NCBI RefSeq assembly: GCF_008000775.2
Contig: NZ_CP042905.2
Coordinates: 1,980,001 to 2,012,000 of the forward strand
Length of the DNA stretch: 32,000 nucleotides
Direction: 5' to 3'
Source of the DNA: Promethearchaeum syntrophicum
GTDB taxonomy: Archaea; Asgardarchaeota; Lokiarchaeia; Sigyniarchaeales; Promethearchaeaceae
Below, piece after piece: positions 31,875 through 32,000 of this stretch. Within the stretch, counting starts at the first letter, position 1. Each line of letters opens with the position of its first letter. The notes beneath the pieces are model-generated. The model was not told where the DNA came from, searched no databases, and was given only the letters and a program-made list of their open reading frames with translations. A program made the position numbers and the translations under genes.

Positions 31875-32000
31875 ATTAGAGATCGATTAAACCTTTCGAA
31901 ATCATACCATTTATCATATCATCGAATATTTTATCGATATTTTTACCAATTCGTGCTGAAGTTTCAAGATATCCGATATTAAGTTCATTTGCAAGGCTTA
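31875..32000 (-). CDS. 3' end of a Ras-superfamily small GTPase (G5 ETSA box), cut by the window and possibly frameshifted
   Basis: The minus-strand translation is NFNIGYLETSARIGKNIDKIFDDMINGMISKGLIDL*, with the stop at 31875-31877. It matches the (I/L)ETSAK-x-G-x-N(V/I)-xx-xF region of Ras/Rab/Arf-like GTPases. There is no C-terminal Cys (no prenylation box). In this frame a TAA sits at 31998-32000. This ORF is not in the supplied track because it is under 60 aa. Confidence 0.55.

Noticed and set aside
1-32000. CRISPR arrays, rRNA/tRNA genes and IS elements
   Set aside because: I saw no regularly spaced direct repeats, no GC-rich structured RNA-like islands beyond the small patches noted, and no transposase-like ORFs in any frame.

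Overview
This is an AT-rich (roughly 30% GC by eye), very gene-dense window of about 30 genes, many with short or overlapping junctions. I recognised no rRNA, tRNA, CRISPR array, transposase or integrase. The gene content looks archaeal and, by inference, closest to an Asgard (Loki-type) archaeon. Evidence for this is two Sec11-type Ser/His signal peptidases, tungsten AOR and indolepyruvate:ferredoxin oxidoreductase. Eukaryote-like parts add to it: the 3' end of a Ras-superfamily GTPase, two LRR proteins, longin/roadblock-like domains, a GLYK/TDA10-like P-loop kinase and a dolichol-kinase-like protein. Ordinary genes are aor (5' partial), pyrE, a sirtuin overlapping a GNAT acetyltransferase, dpaL, iorAB, an M28 peptidase, an alpha/beta hydrolase and an orphan beta-class DNA methyltransferase. 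Two convergent surface-protein genes dominate 2.6-10.5 kb: a 655-aa beta-helix protein and a 1953-aa single-pass giant. Five observations stand out. (1) The giant surface protein ends in a cytoplasmic longin/roadblock-like domain plus winged-helix modules, and a standalone paralog of that domain lies 16 kb away. (2) That paralog sits in a cluster with a zinc-ribbon membrane protein, two LRR proteins, an SCP2-like protein and a small GTPase (26.5-32 kb), a candidate uncharacterised GTPase-regulatory or membrane module. (3) A 36-nt element recurs at two convergent gene overlaps and encodes all four C-termini in the same frames. (4) The signal peptidase is tandemly duplicated, and both copies keep an identical C-terminal hexapeptide. 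(5) An 870-bp ORF-free gap is anomalous for this genome. All functional calls rest on motifs read by eye. No database search was run.
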